From positions 250,173 to 314,172 of the forward strand of contig JAAOMT010000258.1 of NCBI GenBank assembly GCA_016748015.1: DNA of 64,000 nucleotides. Reading direction: 5' to 3'. Shown in pieces: positions 50,106 through 63,941 of this stretch. Numbering within the stretch: the first letter of the stretch is position 1; every line of letters begins with the position of its first letter. The stretch comes from Geosiphon pyriformis uo1. Lineage: Eukaryota > Fungi > Glomeromycota. The notes beneath the pieces are model-generated. The model did no database searches and had not been told where the DNA came from. It saw only the letters and a list, made by a program, of their open reading frames with translations. Position numbers and translations under genes: made by a program.

Positions 50106-53100
50106 TGTTACAGATGATTATTTGAGGTCTCAAAGCAAATAACAAATCTGTAACTTGGTGCTTGATTGGTACTCTGGCATAGATATCTGAAGGTTTTATT
50201 GATCTGAAAGTTTGTTGTAGAGTCTTTTGTATAATGGACAGAGATTTAATAATTGTTTCAGTAGCTTCTTGAAATCACAATTCCGTTGAATTTTTTTCTC
50301 AGTATGGTGGCCGGTAATCCTCTTGGTAAGCTATTCTCAAATCTATGAGTGTTCTACTCTTGTTTCATGGGTCTTTTACCAGTCACTATGACGTCTGTAT
50401 CTCAGCACTTAATCTTTAATCAATTTAGTAAAATCACAGAAATAACCAAAGAAATAAAATAAAAGAAGATAAAGAAATAATAAAAAAAATAAAAATAAAA
50501 AAAGACAAAAAAATAACAAAAGCAATGGCAAGTTAGTATTCCGTCAATAGCCATGATCAAGAGCTATTGTTCCAGTATGATTAAGTATCAATTACTATCA
50601 ACATTTCATGTTGATAGTGGGAGTGGATTTGAGATAGAGAATAATTATTTATTGATATGTGTGGACGGAAAGATTGCTTAGATAAAATCTAAACTAAAAG
50701 ATCTGTCTTTTCTACTTCTAATGCTACCACTATATATACATAATTTGGGTTTTATAAGATTGTTCACATTTTCAAGCAATGTGCTATAATTTCTCAAGCA
50801 ATGTTCACATTGCTTAGCAATATGCCATATTTTCTTGATATTACTCCACATTACTGAGCAATATGCTGTGATTTCTGACATTGCTCCACATTGTTAAGCA
50901 ATGTGCTCACATGTTAACTATTACTTTTTTATTGGTCTACTATTTTTTATATCTGTTTTCTTTTTTATAAGTAACATTATCTCCTTTTTTTTAATATTAA
51001 GCTCTATTGAAATTTTTGTTTTGAATTAACTCTAGTACTTTTTTTTCAAGTATTGTTTGTTCAACTCTGTTTCTCATATCTTCTACCTGTATATTGTTCA
51101 TTCTTCTCCATTGGTTAATGGTTATGGTTTCTATGTCAGAGTGTAATAGTATTTCTGGGTAGTTCTAAAATATGTTGTGTAATTGGTATATTGTTTTAAC
51201 ATGTAGTATTAAATTCAGTTTCTTTTCGATAAATTTTTTAATTTGCTGTATTATGTCTTAGTTGAATATTCTCTTGGATTTGTCAATATACAACTCCTGA
51301 ATATTCAACTTTTGACCTAATTGGTAGTAGCAATATGATATTGGAAGTTGTTCTGTCCATTGCTTCTAATTTTTTTTTGTAAGCTCTTCTGTTGGTGTCA
51401 TAATAGGTATTTTCTCAAAAGTGTTTTCACTTTTTCTATTATGTTATCTGTCCAGTTTTTATCATTCTTTGGTGGCCACTGATATGATATATTCTTTGTC
51501 TTTCTTTGAGTGTTTCGATAGCAAATTATTTGGTTGTTAATAACAATTTCCATATCTAACTGTTGTTGACTTAAGGCCTGAAACAATTGTTGAGCTATAG
51601 TATAAATATGATCTGGTATTTCCATTTTTCTTGGTTGCTTTTGTCACATGTACTGTGTCTTTATATACTTTTAGTTGTTCAATTTAATGTGTTTGGTTCA
51701 ATAACTATGATTGGTTTCAGATCTTGTAGAATCTTATCTGATTGAACTAGTATTTTTTGTACTCTCAGTTGTGGAATGTTATTGGTGGATGATGATACTA
51801 TCTGGTAATATGGTTTCAGTCAATCATCATGTGCTGCTTTGGCTAAGATTTTGTTGTCCCATCTTAATTTATAAGCTCTATTCCTAGAATTTCTTCTATG
51901 TAAAATAGTCTGTTCTATTTGGGATCAAATTTTCTACTTCATTGTTTTTCTGCTTTGGTACAATGTAAAAGTACTTTGTCTCCAATCTTGAATTCAACTG
52001 GTTTATTTGGTAGTTGGTTATCATGTTATTTTTTTGCTTTTCTTGTAACTTTTGGATGTTATCAGCTGCTTTTTGTCATCTGTTTTCTAGTGTTTCTATT
52101 AAATTATATGTTCTTCTTAACAATGTTTCTTGGAAATTATCTTCTGTTATTGGTTCAGTTAGATATGTATTGACCTCTATCTCAACTGGTAATATTGCTG
52201 TTCTACCATATACCAATTTAAATAGTGTTGCTTGTGTGATATCTTGCTTCATTGTCCAATAAGCAAATAATTCTGATGGTATAAACAAATCCCATTTGTC
52301 CTGGTTTTCTTGGCTATTGCTTTATACAATGTTCTGTTGAATCTTTCCACTAACCCATTTGTTTGTGGATGGTATGGTGATGATAGTGGTCTTTTTATTC
52401 CAAATCTTTGGCTTAATTCTGCTAATGTTCTATTTACAAAGTGAGTTCCTTGATCCAATAATAGTTCTTTTGGACATTCGTGTTAACAGATCAGATCTTG
52501 ATAAATGAATTCGGCAATGGATTTTGCATCTGCTCTTTGAATGGCTTTTGCTTCTGGCCATTTAGTGAGATAATCCATGGCTACTGCAATATATCTGTTG
52601 CTTTTGCTGGTGATTGTTAATAATCTAACTAAGTCAATTCCAATGCAATCGAATGATTGTCTCACTTTGATTGGTCTTAACAGTTTACTGGGTTTTGTTC
52701 CTTCTTTTCTCTGACAAGCATCACAATTTTGAATATATTGGATGATGTCTGAATACATTGATGGCCAATAGTATCTTTTTCTAGTTCTTTCTATGGTTGC
52801 TTCTTTATGAAAATATCCTGCTGTTGGATCTGAGTGCATATTGAACAATATTGTCTCTTTCTCTGGTTCTGTAATTACTCTTGTTGACTGGTTTGGATTT
52901 CTTTTGTTTTTCTGGTACAGTATATTTTGATGATTAATAAAATATTTTGATTGTTGTTTTATGTTGTTTTGTTTCTTTTGAGACAATTTCTTCTTGAACA
53001 ATTGGGTATTTATATAATGTTGAAGTTGTTGGTATTTTTGTATATTCATCTTTTGTTATATTTTTGGGTTGAAATGTTTTTAGATTTGTCTTATTCGTAA

Positions 53101-56100
53101 CAAACTGTCAGTATTTCTATTGTCTTTTTCTTTTTTATAATGTACTGTATAATTGAATGGTGAAAGTTTTATTTTCTATCTGACATGGTGGTTATTTCCA
53201 AATTTTTGCTTCTGAATTAAAATCAATCCTTTGTAATCAAAAATGTTCTCAATTCTGTAAGATTATTTGGTACTAAAAAGTTTTTAACAGTCTCTATTTT
53301 ATCTGGATCTGTTTTGATACTGTCTTTGCTCACAACATGTCCCAAAAATTTGAGTTCAGTTTTTCCAAAGAAGCATTTAGTGGTATTTAGCTTTAATTCC
53401 GCTCTTCTCAACCTTTCAAATACTTGTTGAAGATAATGTAAATAATCATCAAATGTTTTGGAAAACATGTTGGTGTTGTCTAAGTAAACAACTACTGATT
53501 TCCACAGTAGTTCAGTATAGACAATTTCCATAAGCTGTTGGAATGTTGCTGGAGCATTCATCAAGCCAAATGGCATGACTTCAAACTCAAAATTTCTCTC
53601 TCTGGTGGTAAATGCTGTTTTCTCTTTGTTAGCTAGATGCATGGCTACTTGCCAGTAACCACTATCTAAGTCTAGTGTCGAGAACCATTTATTTCTTCCA
53701 AAAGTGTTGAATAGTTCTTGGATCTTTGGAGTTGGATAACTATTATTTTTAGTTACTTCATTCAGTTTTCAATAGTCTACACAAAAACAAATCTTTCCAT
53801 TCTTTTTTTGGACTAGTACTACTGGTGATAACCATGGGTTCATTGATGGCTAAATTAATTCATTGTCAAGCATTCAATTAATTTTTTGACAAATGATTTT
53901 ATGGCTGGCTGGTGGTACTCTATATGCTCTTTGTTTTATTGGCATTGCATCTCCAGTTTTGATTTGGTGCTGAATTATGTTGGTATGGCCAAATTCATTT
54001 TTGCTAGCAAAGATGTCATTAAAATTGCTAAGTAATATTTTTAGTTGCATCTGTTGGAGTGGGTTTAGATTCCCCATGTTTATCTGTTCCAATTGTTCTG
54101 GTTGGAGAAAATAACATTTATTTTGTCTGTAAATGGTTTGTGATGTGATGTCCATATATCTGCAAAGCTGTAGAAAATCTGGTTGATCCTTAACTTTGGT
54201 GGTTAAATATCCAATGATAGTTCCTTTTGGTATTTCAATGACACTTCCTATTGTGTTGTAGATGGGAATTTTGATATTTTTGGGGCTTTTAGCTGATATG
54301 TAGAGATTAGTGAGTCCAATCTCTCCTGATTCACAAATGGTGGCTTCTGCTTCAAACAACTGAGCTTGATTCTTTACTTCTCTTTTTATGGTTAACATAT
54401 ACTGGTCATATGGTGGAATGAAAATTGATTGATGGTTTGAGATAATTTTTTCTTTGTCAATAATCTTTTCCTCCATCATATTAACTGATATGTTTATTCT
54501 ACCTGTTGATCCGAATCTCTGTATCCCTTTAGCAGTAATCTCTAACTCTTTCTTGTTTTCTACTGACACTAATTGAGCTACTTTCACCAGAGACAGGAAT
54601 ATTGTCTGTGCTATCTTTTTATTTGGCTCTATAGTATAGGTCTTTTCTGAGTCATTTTGTAGCATAGCAATAATATTTCTTACATATCCTGTGTCAACTA
54701 TTCCTCCTCTGATGTTGATTCCCTTTTTTGCTAAACTACTCTTAGATGCCAACTGGATTATTGTTGTTGCTGGAATTTTCAAGACTATTTTGAGATCAAT
54801 ACAGATGTGCGAATAGAGTTTCAATCTTATGGCATCCTTTCCTGAATATTTCAGATTAAACTCTGCATCAGTATCATGTGTGTATTCTGGCATAATACCT
54901 TTGCCATTATTGCTGAACCATTTAAGTTTCTGTTTCTTGGTAAGGTTGGGAAGTGCAATAAATGCTTCAGGGTTTGGATCAGAATCTAAATTGTTGTTAT
55001 TTTTATTGCTATATTGAGCAGAGCTGAAACTATTGTTTTTGTCATTGTTATTGTCAAAGTTTGAATTAGGATTGAAAGTTGATTTCAATTCTGATGTGCA
55101 GCTGCTGATTGGTTCTTTCTTTTCTGGGATTGTGTAGATTATGCATGATGGTGGATTGTAAATAAAGTTACACTCATTACAATATTGGAAGTCACATGGA
55201 ATTAAACAATGTTGACACAGTTAAGTGTTCAGCTGCTTTAAGTGTTGCTCTTGCTCTTTTCTTGTGGGTGCTAATTGCTGGTAATGTTTATGGAATTCTT
55301 TCAGGTCATCCTCAATGTTGCCAAAGATGTTAAAAGTTTGAACATATTTGGGTTCAAGAAGAAATAAAAGATTGTTTTTGATTTCCAGTAGTTTGCTGGT
55401 TGTCATGCCTTCTGTTTTTATATACGTCATTCTCCAAAGTTTATGTTCATTGTGGGGATATCCTTCCAATCATCATAATACTCTTTTCTAGGTGTTGTCG
55501 ATTGGTGTTCTTTTGAGTATCCAATCATTGATTAGGATTGTATACTAATATATCTTATCACATGTTCCTCCACATCCAGGAATGTTATTCCACATTCCTT
55601 TGTCAAGTAAAATAGTTTCACAGGCAAGACACAGTTTATTGTCTCATTTTTCTTACCATTTTGGTCATTCAAAACATTCTATAATACATGAACAACAGTA
55701 AAACTTGATTGCCATTTGATATTTCTCATTATCGCCACAACATGTGCCCATTGATGACAATTTTTTGCCACAATTGATGCATATGAGTTTTGGTTGATGA
55801 TAGGCAGATTGTTGAGGTATAGTGTAAGTGTAATAATTATAGATGGTGCTAATAAGTGTTGTTTCTTTTTTCTTTTCTTTTCCTTTTCTCTTGTCAGTCT
55901 CTTCCCACTCCCAAGTTAATGAGTCATCTTGGTTATTATCGGTTTCCCAGGCTTGGTCAGTATCCTAGATAAGTTCTTCTTTCTGCTTTCCTTTGTTGTT
56001 GTCATCCCAGAAGAGTATCGGTGGCAACTCATTGTGGTTTTTGTCAGCCCAGAATACTTGATAGGCTTCTCAAGTAGGTTTCTTCTCTTCTTCCTCGAAT

Positions 56101-59100
56101 TTGATAAGAGTTGCTGACATGTTGGGGGTTTTGAAATGACCATACATGGCTGGTACTTGTGTGTGTCAACCATTCTGGCTGAGTTGGAGTTTTTGCATTA
56201 TCCAGTTAAGTACAGCATTGGTTTTAGATAACCAGTCATTTCCTATCAATACCTAATATTGAGTTGCTTCTATCACTAAGACTTTGATGGGAATAATAAT
56301 GCTATTGACTTCAAAAGAGAAGTCATCAATTTTACCAATAGGGATTTTAGTTGTCCCATCAGCAGTAATTATGCGAGTGCTAGCAGTGTGATCAACTCGG
56401 CAACCTAATTGGTCCATGAGTTGTCATGTAATGATACTGTCAGCTGATCCACTGTCTAGTATTAGCTTAATGGTATGACCATTAACCTTCACATTAGTGT
56501 ATATGGTGGTAATCAGTTTGGTGTCAAGAGAAGTTCTACTGAATAATGGGACTGTTATAGTTTTCTCAAGTTTGAAAGGAAAAATAGCTGCTAAAAATTT
56601 GTCATAGAAGATGGTTGCTGGTGGAATATTGCTAGTAAATGACTGTTTCTGGCTGGATTCTGGGTTGTTGGATGTAGTGTCTTCTGGGGTAACCAGAAGA
56701 CTTAAATAGTGTTGGGAATTCAGATTTTGGGTGTACCCAGTGCCTGAATTCCGTTGTTGGGATCCCAATTGTTGCATTAAGGAACTGAGGATCAGTTGAT
56801 GGACTATTATTGACAATCTTCAGCTTTGTTGTGTCAGTCTTGGCTATTGGATTCTGTTTTGAGATAAGTTTTGTGGCAATATTTGAATTGGTTGGGGCTG
56901 ATAAATTACTTGAGACTGCAATTGATAAATAGATTGAGACTGCGATTGATAAATAATGGGGTTTGTTGGCTGATAAGTTGGTGGTTGATAGATTGGCTGT
57001 TGTGTTATAAGTAGGTAATTTGGTTAATATAGTGCTAGATTGGATTGATAATTTGGAGCTTGAAACCAGCAATTGGGGTTTCAATATTGATTTCCTGATC
57101 ATAGGTTATTATTATAAAATCAGCAGTCAGCTCTAATGTGGTCTTGTTTACTACAGTTATGGCAAACATGCATTTCTTGTTGCCACAGGTAATTTGACGA
57201 TAGACACGACTGATTTTGGAAATGATTTGTGTTTTCTGAATTATTGCACTGTTGTAGTGGTTGATAAATTGCACAATTGTCAGCTAAGTATCCTTCCAAT
57301 TTCTGATTAATTGATTCACTAAGTTGTTTTAATTTGGAATTCAAGTCAGATGATCCATTCATAACTAGGTTAATAGCTTGGGCATGATTTGCTTCAAGTT
57401 TTGCCAATTCAAAATCTCTTGCATTGGTGACTGTGTTTTGGAGAATTTGTGAGTGTATTGGGTGTATGTGTTGAAGAAGACTACTGCACAGTCCATGGAT
57501 GAACTGGTTTAGGATCTGTGATACTGTAAAATAATCAGTCTGAATTGCTTGAATTTGGTGCAAGTTCCTATGGAAGCATTCCAAGTAAGTGATAACTGCT
57601 TCAGTTTTTCTCTGTTTAATTGTAGTGAAAGTATTGGCCAGGCGATTAATACTGTTATTATTACTGAAATATCTTAAGAATGCAGTTTTAAATTCCTAGA
57701 ATGTTTTAAGTTTAATGGCTAGACTCTAATACCATGAATTGGTGGTATTCTGTAGAAAATAGGAAATTGCTTAAAGAGCTTTGTTGTCATTCCATCTATT
57801 GGCTATGATGGTTTTTTCCACATTATTAAGCCATACTTGGGCATTGTCCTCTTTGCCAGTAAATTTCTCTATTTTAACAATTGGAGTGTAAGCCATTAGT
57901 TGTTGTTGTGGTTGCTGCTGGATTTGTTATTAGGGTAGTAATTGTGGCTGTTGTTGCTGTTCGGTGATTGGTAGAGCTGGTAGTGAATTGATCACAATTA
58001 CTGGAGGTAAGTGTTGGTAAATTACATTGGGATTTTGATTGTTCTGGTTTTCTGGAGTTTTAATTTCTGAATTTTCTAGGATCAGGTTTTGCTTGTTAGC
58101 TTTCTAATTGCCACTCTCTTCTTTCTTGGAGTCAGTAATTTCTAAAGACTAATGGCTCCAAAATCTGGTTGTGGTGGTGATAATTGAATTCCTGATGGCA
58201 TTGGAGATTGTGATTTAAATCCCTCAAAAAAATTGCCATATGTTCTTAATAACTCTGTTTTCTTTTGTTTACTTTGGAATAGGATTTTGTTTAGCAGCGT
58301 TGTTGTGCTTGCTGTAGCTGTGCTTATTATATTGATAGTGCTTTTGGATGTGTGGTAATATGATAGATTAGCAGAAGAATTAAATCTTTGTTTCTTCCAA
58401 GTAAGTAGTTGGATTTGCTTTGGTGTTCCTGCTAGTGTTTGTAACTTTCCTTTTTCTTTGTTGGCAAAAGTGATAAGAAATCTCTGTTTGGTGTATTTTT
58501 CAATTTCCCTGTTTATTTCTGTAATTAGAAGTGCAAATAGATAGTTTTGTAGAAGAGTGGTATTTTGAAGCAATTTACTGAAGAAGTTGTTGAAGGCAGA
58601 TTCTGGATCTTCTTAGCCTCCTAAATAGTATACAATTTTCTCGTTAATGTAGCAATTGAAAGTTGATTCTGTTGGCCAACTATTATTTGTTAATCTGAAA
58701 TGAGTATAATAGTATTGGAATAAGAATTTCGCAAATCTCAAGTGATTTGTTCCTATTTCTTTGGATTCTGCCACTATTTGAATGAAGTTGTTGGTGCTAA
58801 TTCTCTGTAAGATTATACCTTACAGGAAGCACCAAATGTTACAAATGATTATTTGGGATCTCAAAGCAAATAACAAATCTGTAACTTGGTGCTTGATTAG
58901 TACTTTGGCATAGATATCTGAAGATTTTATTGATCTGAAAGTTTGTTGTAGAGTCTTTTGTATAATGGACAGAGATTTAACAATTGTTTCAGTAGCCTTC
59001 TGAAATTGCAATTCTGTTGAATTTTTTTCTCAGTGTGGTGGCCAGTAATCTTTTTGGTAAGCTATCCTCAAATCTATGAGTGTTCTACTCTTGTTTTATG

Positions 59101-59687
59101 AGTCTTTTACCAGTCACTATGATGTTTGTATCTTAGTGCTTAATTTTTAATCAATTTAGTAAAATCACAGAAATAACAAAAGAAATAAAATAAAAGAAGA
59201 TAAAGAAATAACAAAAGAAATAAAATAAAAGAAGACAAAGAAATAACAAAAACAATGGCAAGTTAGTATTCCATCAATAGCCATAATCAAGAGTTATTGT
59301 TCCAGTGTGGTTAAGTATCAATTACTATCAACATAAAGTGTTGATAGTGAAAGTGGATTTGAGATAGAGAATAATTATTTATTGATATTTGTAAATGGGA
59401 AGGTCACTTAGATAAAATCTAAACTGAGAGATCTGTCTTTTCTACTTCTAATGCTATCATTATATATACATAATTTGGGTTTTACAAGATCACTCACATT
59501 CTCAAGCAATGTGCTATAATTTCTCAAGCAATGTGCCATATTTTCTTGATATTGCTTCACATTTCTGAGCAATGTGCTGTGATTTCTGATATTGCTCCAC
59601 ATTGTTAAGCAATGTGCTCACATGCTAACTACTATTTTCTTATTGGCCTACTATTTTCTATATCTGTTTTCTTTTTTATAAGTAACA
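50106..59687 (-). mobile_element. Ty3/Gypsy LTR retrotransposon C (dUTPase-bearing; RNase H largely deleted), nested in LINE-b ORF1
   Basis: 3' LTR 50106-50976, PPT 50977-50992, 5' LTR 58837-59687, PBS TGGTGCTTCCTGTAAGG. Protease LILDSGS; RT VMPFGLMNAPATFQ...YLDN; integrase H2C2 and core (52249-53049). TSD ATAT/ACAT. Confidence 0.93.
54500..54899 (-). pseudogene. dut: dUTPase domain within Gypsy C pol (homologs at ~27727-28122 in A and ~37295-37693 in B)
   Basis: All five trimeric dUTPase motifs in order: DAEFNL (AGFDL), ASKSSLA (RSS), GGIVDTGYVRNI (GxIDxGYxG), KKIAQ (RIAQ) and KGIQRFGSTG (RGxxGFGSTG). Confidence 0.9.
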
Positions 59688-60430
59688 ACATTAATCTCTT
59701 TCTTCTTGGCCAATAAAGTGGTCATCTCCATGTTTTTTTCTGAAGTAAATCAGATGATTTCTTTAAATTTTAAGAAAGTAGTGGCTCCTTAAAACCATTG
59801 ATTAATAAAAATAATTTTTTAATAAATTGAGTTTTAGCCATAGCAGATTTGTTTTCTACTGATAAAAGATTAATATCTAAAGTAAATAACTTCTTAACCA
59901 ACACTTCTACTAATGTTTTGATGATCTTTGAATTAATCCACTTTCTGTCTAAAGAAATGGGCAAGTGAAAAGGAAGAACAATTTTATTATTATTCATATC
60001 AAAATTGAGAGACCTGAGTAGAGAACCAAAGACAATGTTAGTGTTAATATGTTTTGCCTTGGGAGTGGTAGCAGCCAAGTTCAGAAGAGACTTACTATTC
60101 ACACCAAACATGCTAACATCTTCATCATTATCAAACAGACTATTCACATTAGAATATATACTATTATCAAGCTCAGATTTACTCAAAAAAATATCCTTTT
60201 CATCATCAAAATATTTAATATTTTTAAGAATAACTTTCTTCTTTTGAGAAAAAGAACCATTAGCAGAACCATAAAAAACACTTTTAAGTGTCTTCTTTTT
60301 AGATATGATGCTATCTGCAGTAGCCTCCAAATCTATGAAAAACAAGTTATTATTAGATAAAAAAATAAAAAAAACTTCTTTTTCAGAAACAGCACTCTTT
60401 GAGAATTTTTGGAAATAAAAAAGAAAGAAA
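59688..60430 (-). mobile_element. LINE-b 5' portion (ORF1 N-terminus)
   Basis: ORF 59770-60345. Removing one TSD copy restores EINVNSNLKRQ continuity with 50105. Confidence 0.82.
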
Positions 60431-61056
60431 TTTTTATTTATTAAATAATATTATATTTAAATTAAATTTAAAATAAAGTTAAATTATTTGATATTTAAAA
60501 AAAATATTAAACAAAAAATTAATTAAATAGTTTTTAAATATTAAATAATTATAAAATAGATTAATTAATAATAAATTAAAAAAAAAACTTTCTTTTATTA
60601 ATTTCTTGATTATAATAAGAGTAAAGAATTAATTTTTTTTTTCTTTTTTTTTCTTTGAATCTCTTTAGTTATTTCTTTTAACTTATTTTTTTTTGTTGTA
60701 ATAAAACTGATAGACTTTTCTGCTAGTAGTTTTAATTCAGATTTAGCTGATTTGAAAACCCACTTGAGCATCAAGAAAAAACATATAGAGAGTATTTACT
60801 TTTACAATGTATTTTATAAAAAACCAAAAAAGCCTAATGTAAATATTAGTATAATCAACTTGTTTGCAAATTTTTTAAGTTTTAAAAATATTGGTGTTTT
60901 TAGTAAAAAGCCTGTAGTATCTTGGAAAAGTAAAGTTGGTAGTAAAGCCAATAGTATTAGCAGTTTATTGAACATAAAAAATATGAAGAATATAGTTGCC
61001 AAAAAAATTAATCATGCAAATTCAAATAATTTAGTGGTTAATAATAATATAGACAA

Positions 61057-62029
61057 TATTATCAGAGATTTTTTGGTCTTTTTTTTTAAATGTAATTAAT
61101 ATCAATTTGCTGTTAATTCATGTTTTTTGGAAGTTAATAGATCTCTAATAATTGAATTTATCTTTAAATTATCTCTTATAATTTAAACTACTGGGCTTAT
61201 AAGTAAAAAAACCAATTCTATACCAGTTATTTTGTATTGTTATGTTGTAGTAAATGTCAACTTTTTTCTAAAAATTGCTTATCTAGAAGCTTACTAAAAA
61301 GTGTAAGTACTTTGCTATAAAAATCAATTTGTTTACAAAAATTTTATTTGTAAGTTATTCTAATAATTATAACAAAAAAAAATAAAAGAAAAAAAAAATA
61401 TATAAAAGAAATAAAATTTTGTCAAAAAAATTGTTTTCTGTTTAGGCCTGAAGTCACTAATTAATTATTGAAATTGGTAGCTAATTAATTTTAAAATGTT
61501 AACTAAGTTTTGGAAATTTCAAGTGTAATTATTTAAAGAAATTGGATTTTTAAAGTATTCAATTTTTATTTGTTTTCTTGTAAAGATATATGTAAAATAA
61601 TTGATTCTAACTAAGATAATTTAGAGTAAGAAAATATATTTTTTCAAAGAAAAAAGCTTTTTTCTATACAACTTGTTGTAATACTAGTTTATGAACTTGA
61701 ACTTTTTTTTTCATTATAATTTTAACAAATTAAAAATACATTTTGATAAACTACAAGTTATTTAGATAAACTATTAACTATTTTAGTAAATTATTTATTA
61801 TTTTAGTAAATTTCTGTAAATTTTTAAATGTTATATAGTTTGGAATATTGTGTAATTTAATTATTTTAATTTCTATTGTATAAATTAAATTATTAATTAA
61901 ATAGTAATAGTTAATAATTTGATTAAATAATAAGTAATAATTTGAAATAATAATAATATATGCTAATTAATGATAGAAATTATATGAGTAATTTTATGCT
62001 AGTTAATAGCTAAAATTTTATTGGTAACA
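61057..62029. mobile_element. Probable solo LTR of a different family
   Basis: Termini TATTATCAG / TTGGTAACA (decayed TGTTACCA..TGGTAACA). Flanks ACAA/ATAA. Removal restores ORF1 IDNIML. No coding remnants seen. Confidence 0.68.
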
Positions 62030-63086
62030 ATAATATTATGCTATAGAAAACTCATATTTAAATATATGTATTAAGTTAACTACCAAAAACTCTTTTATTT
62101 GTGAATTTAAGCAATAACAAAAATGTTTTAATGCTTTTGTTACTTAAATTTAATAGCTCTAAACAATTTTTATTGATTAGATTATATGTTTCAAAAAAAC
62201 AAAGTTTTAATTTAGCAAAGTTGTTTATATTAAATATTAAGTTGTCTATTATACTTGATAAAATTAATAATGATAAATTAATTACAGTAAAAAATATTTT
62301 CTATTGTGTTGATGGTTTTGAGAAAATATCTACTTTCTTAAAATTTTTAAGGATATTAGATCATTTTTTACATTAAAATTGAGCTTAAATAAAGCAAAAA
62401 AATTGGTAATCTGTAAGAAAATTATGATAAATAATAATATAAAAAAACAAATAATCATACAAATTAAAAAATAATTGTTAAGAAAATTTCAGTAAATCTT
62501 TTTAAATTAGCTGTAAAGTCAGTGTTTTCTAAATTTGACAAGATTGTGTCTATTAAAATACAATTTATTAGTTTTTGGCAAAAGACATTAGTGAAGTTTG
62601 AATTATTAGATATTGTTAGTTTGGTTGTTTCTAATTAGTTAGTTTTCATGAGAAAAAATTGGCTTTGGTGGTTAATAATAAACAGTTGTAAATATTCAAA
62701 AATTTTTATTGAGATTTGTTATATACTTTGCCAGTTGGTATTACTGTTCATAATCTTTTTGAAGTATTAGCATTATATAATAAAAAGACTTGTTTTATTG
62801 GTTATAATCTAAACATATATGGATATAACAGGTATGCTGTTGTTTGTTTTGCTGATAAAGCTTTTAAAAAGACTGTTGTTAATTCTACTCTGGTTTTTAA
62901 GAATGTGAATTTGTGCTGGACTGGTCTTTTTTAATCTGTTGTGCTTAATACAAACAATTTAATTATGTTTTTAGTGTGTGTTTAGTGAATAAAAATTCAG
63001 ATAATTGTTGTAAACAAGTGATCAATTTTTAAGATTAAATTTGGTTGAAAAATATATATAAAAAAAAACAAATACCAATTGTTTAC

Positions 63087-63941
63087 TGTTATTTATAGAA
63101 ATTAAAAATTATAATAAGTAGATAAAATAGTCAATCAGAAATAGGCATAGTAAAAAGAAGAATTTCAGAATTTTTTTTAAAAAATTACAAGATTTCAGAA
63201 TTCTAGAATTCCAGAATTTTTTTTAAGGAATTACAAGATTCCAAAATTCCAGAATTCTAGAATTTTTTTCAAAGAAATTGAAAAATTTTAAGGAATCTTA
63301 TATAATAAGAGTATTAAAAGCAAAAAAAAGATTTAATAAAGTTCAAATTAGTTCAAATAATATTACTTTTTTTTCTAAAAAATAGTTTTTTATAACTTAA
63401 AATGGAATTATTTCTATATTAATAAAATTATTTATTAATATTCAATCCATGTTATTATTACTTAATTAAAAAAATATTAATTATTTCCATACTATTTACA
63501 CTTTATGTTGATAAAATCTAATATTTAACTATACTGAACCAATAATTTTTGATCATAACTATTAATAGAATACTAATTTTTTATTTTTTTTTTATTTTTT
63601 TTTATTTTTTTTTGTTTCATTTATTTGTTGTTTACTAATTAATTAAAAAAATTAAGCACTAAATATTTAATATTAAAAATAGTCTGGTAAAAAACCCAGA
63701 AACAATGATAAAAATTTAAAGATAAATTATTAAAAGGGCACAACTGTCAAAATAAACCAGCCACTATGCTAAAAAAAATTCACAGAAAAAACCATCAATT
63801 GAATCTCTGTTTATTATACAAAAAACTTAACCAAGATCTTTAAACTTTAAAATTTTCAAAAATCACTACTATTAACAGCTATTGAACATTAAGTTATGAG
63901 TTTGTTATTTGTTTTAATACTTTAAATAATCACCTGTAATA
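63087..63941 (+). mobile_element. Solo LTR related to A/B/C
   Basis: TGTTATTTAT start, GAATTCCAG-type U3 repeats, R/U5 similar to the LTRs of A, CACCTGTAATA end. No PBS follows. Confidence 0.85.
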
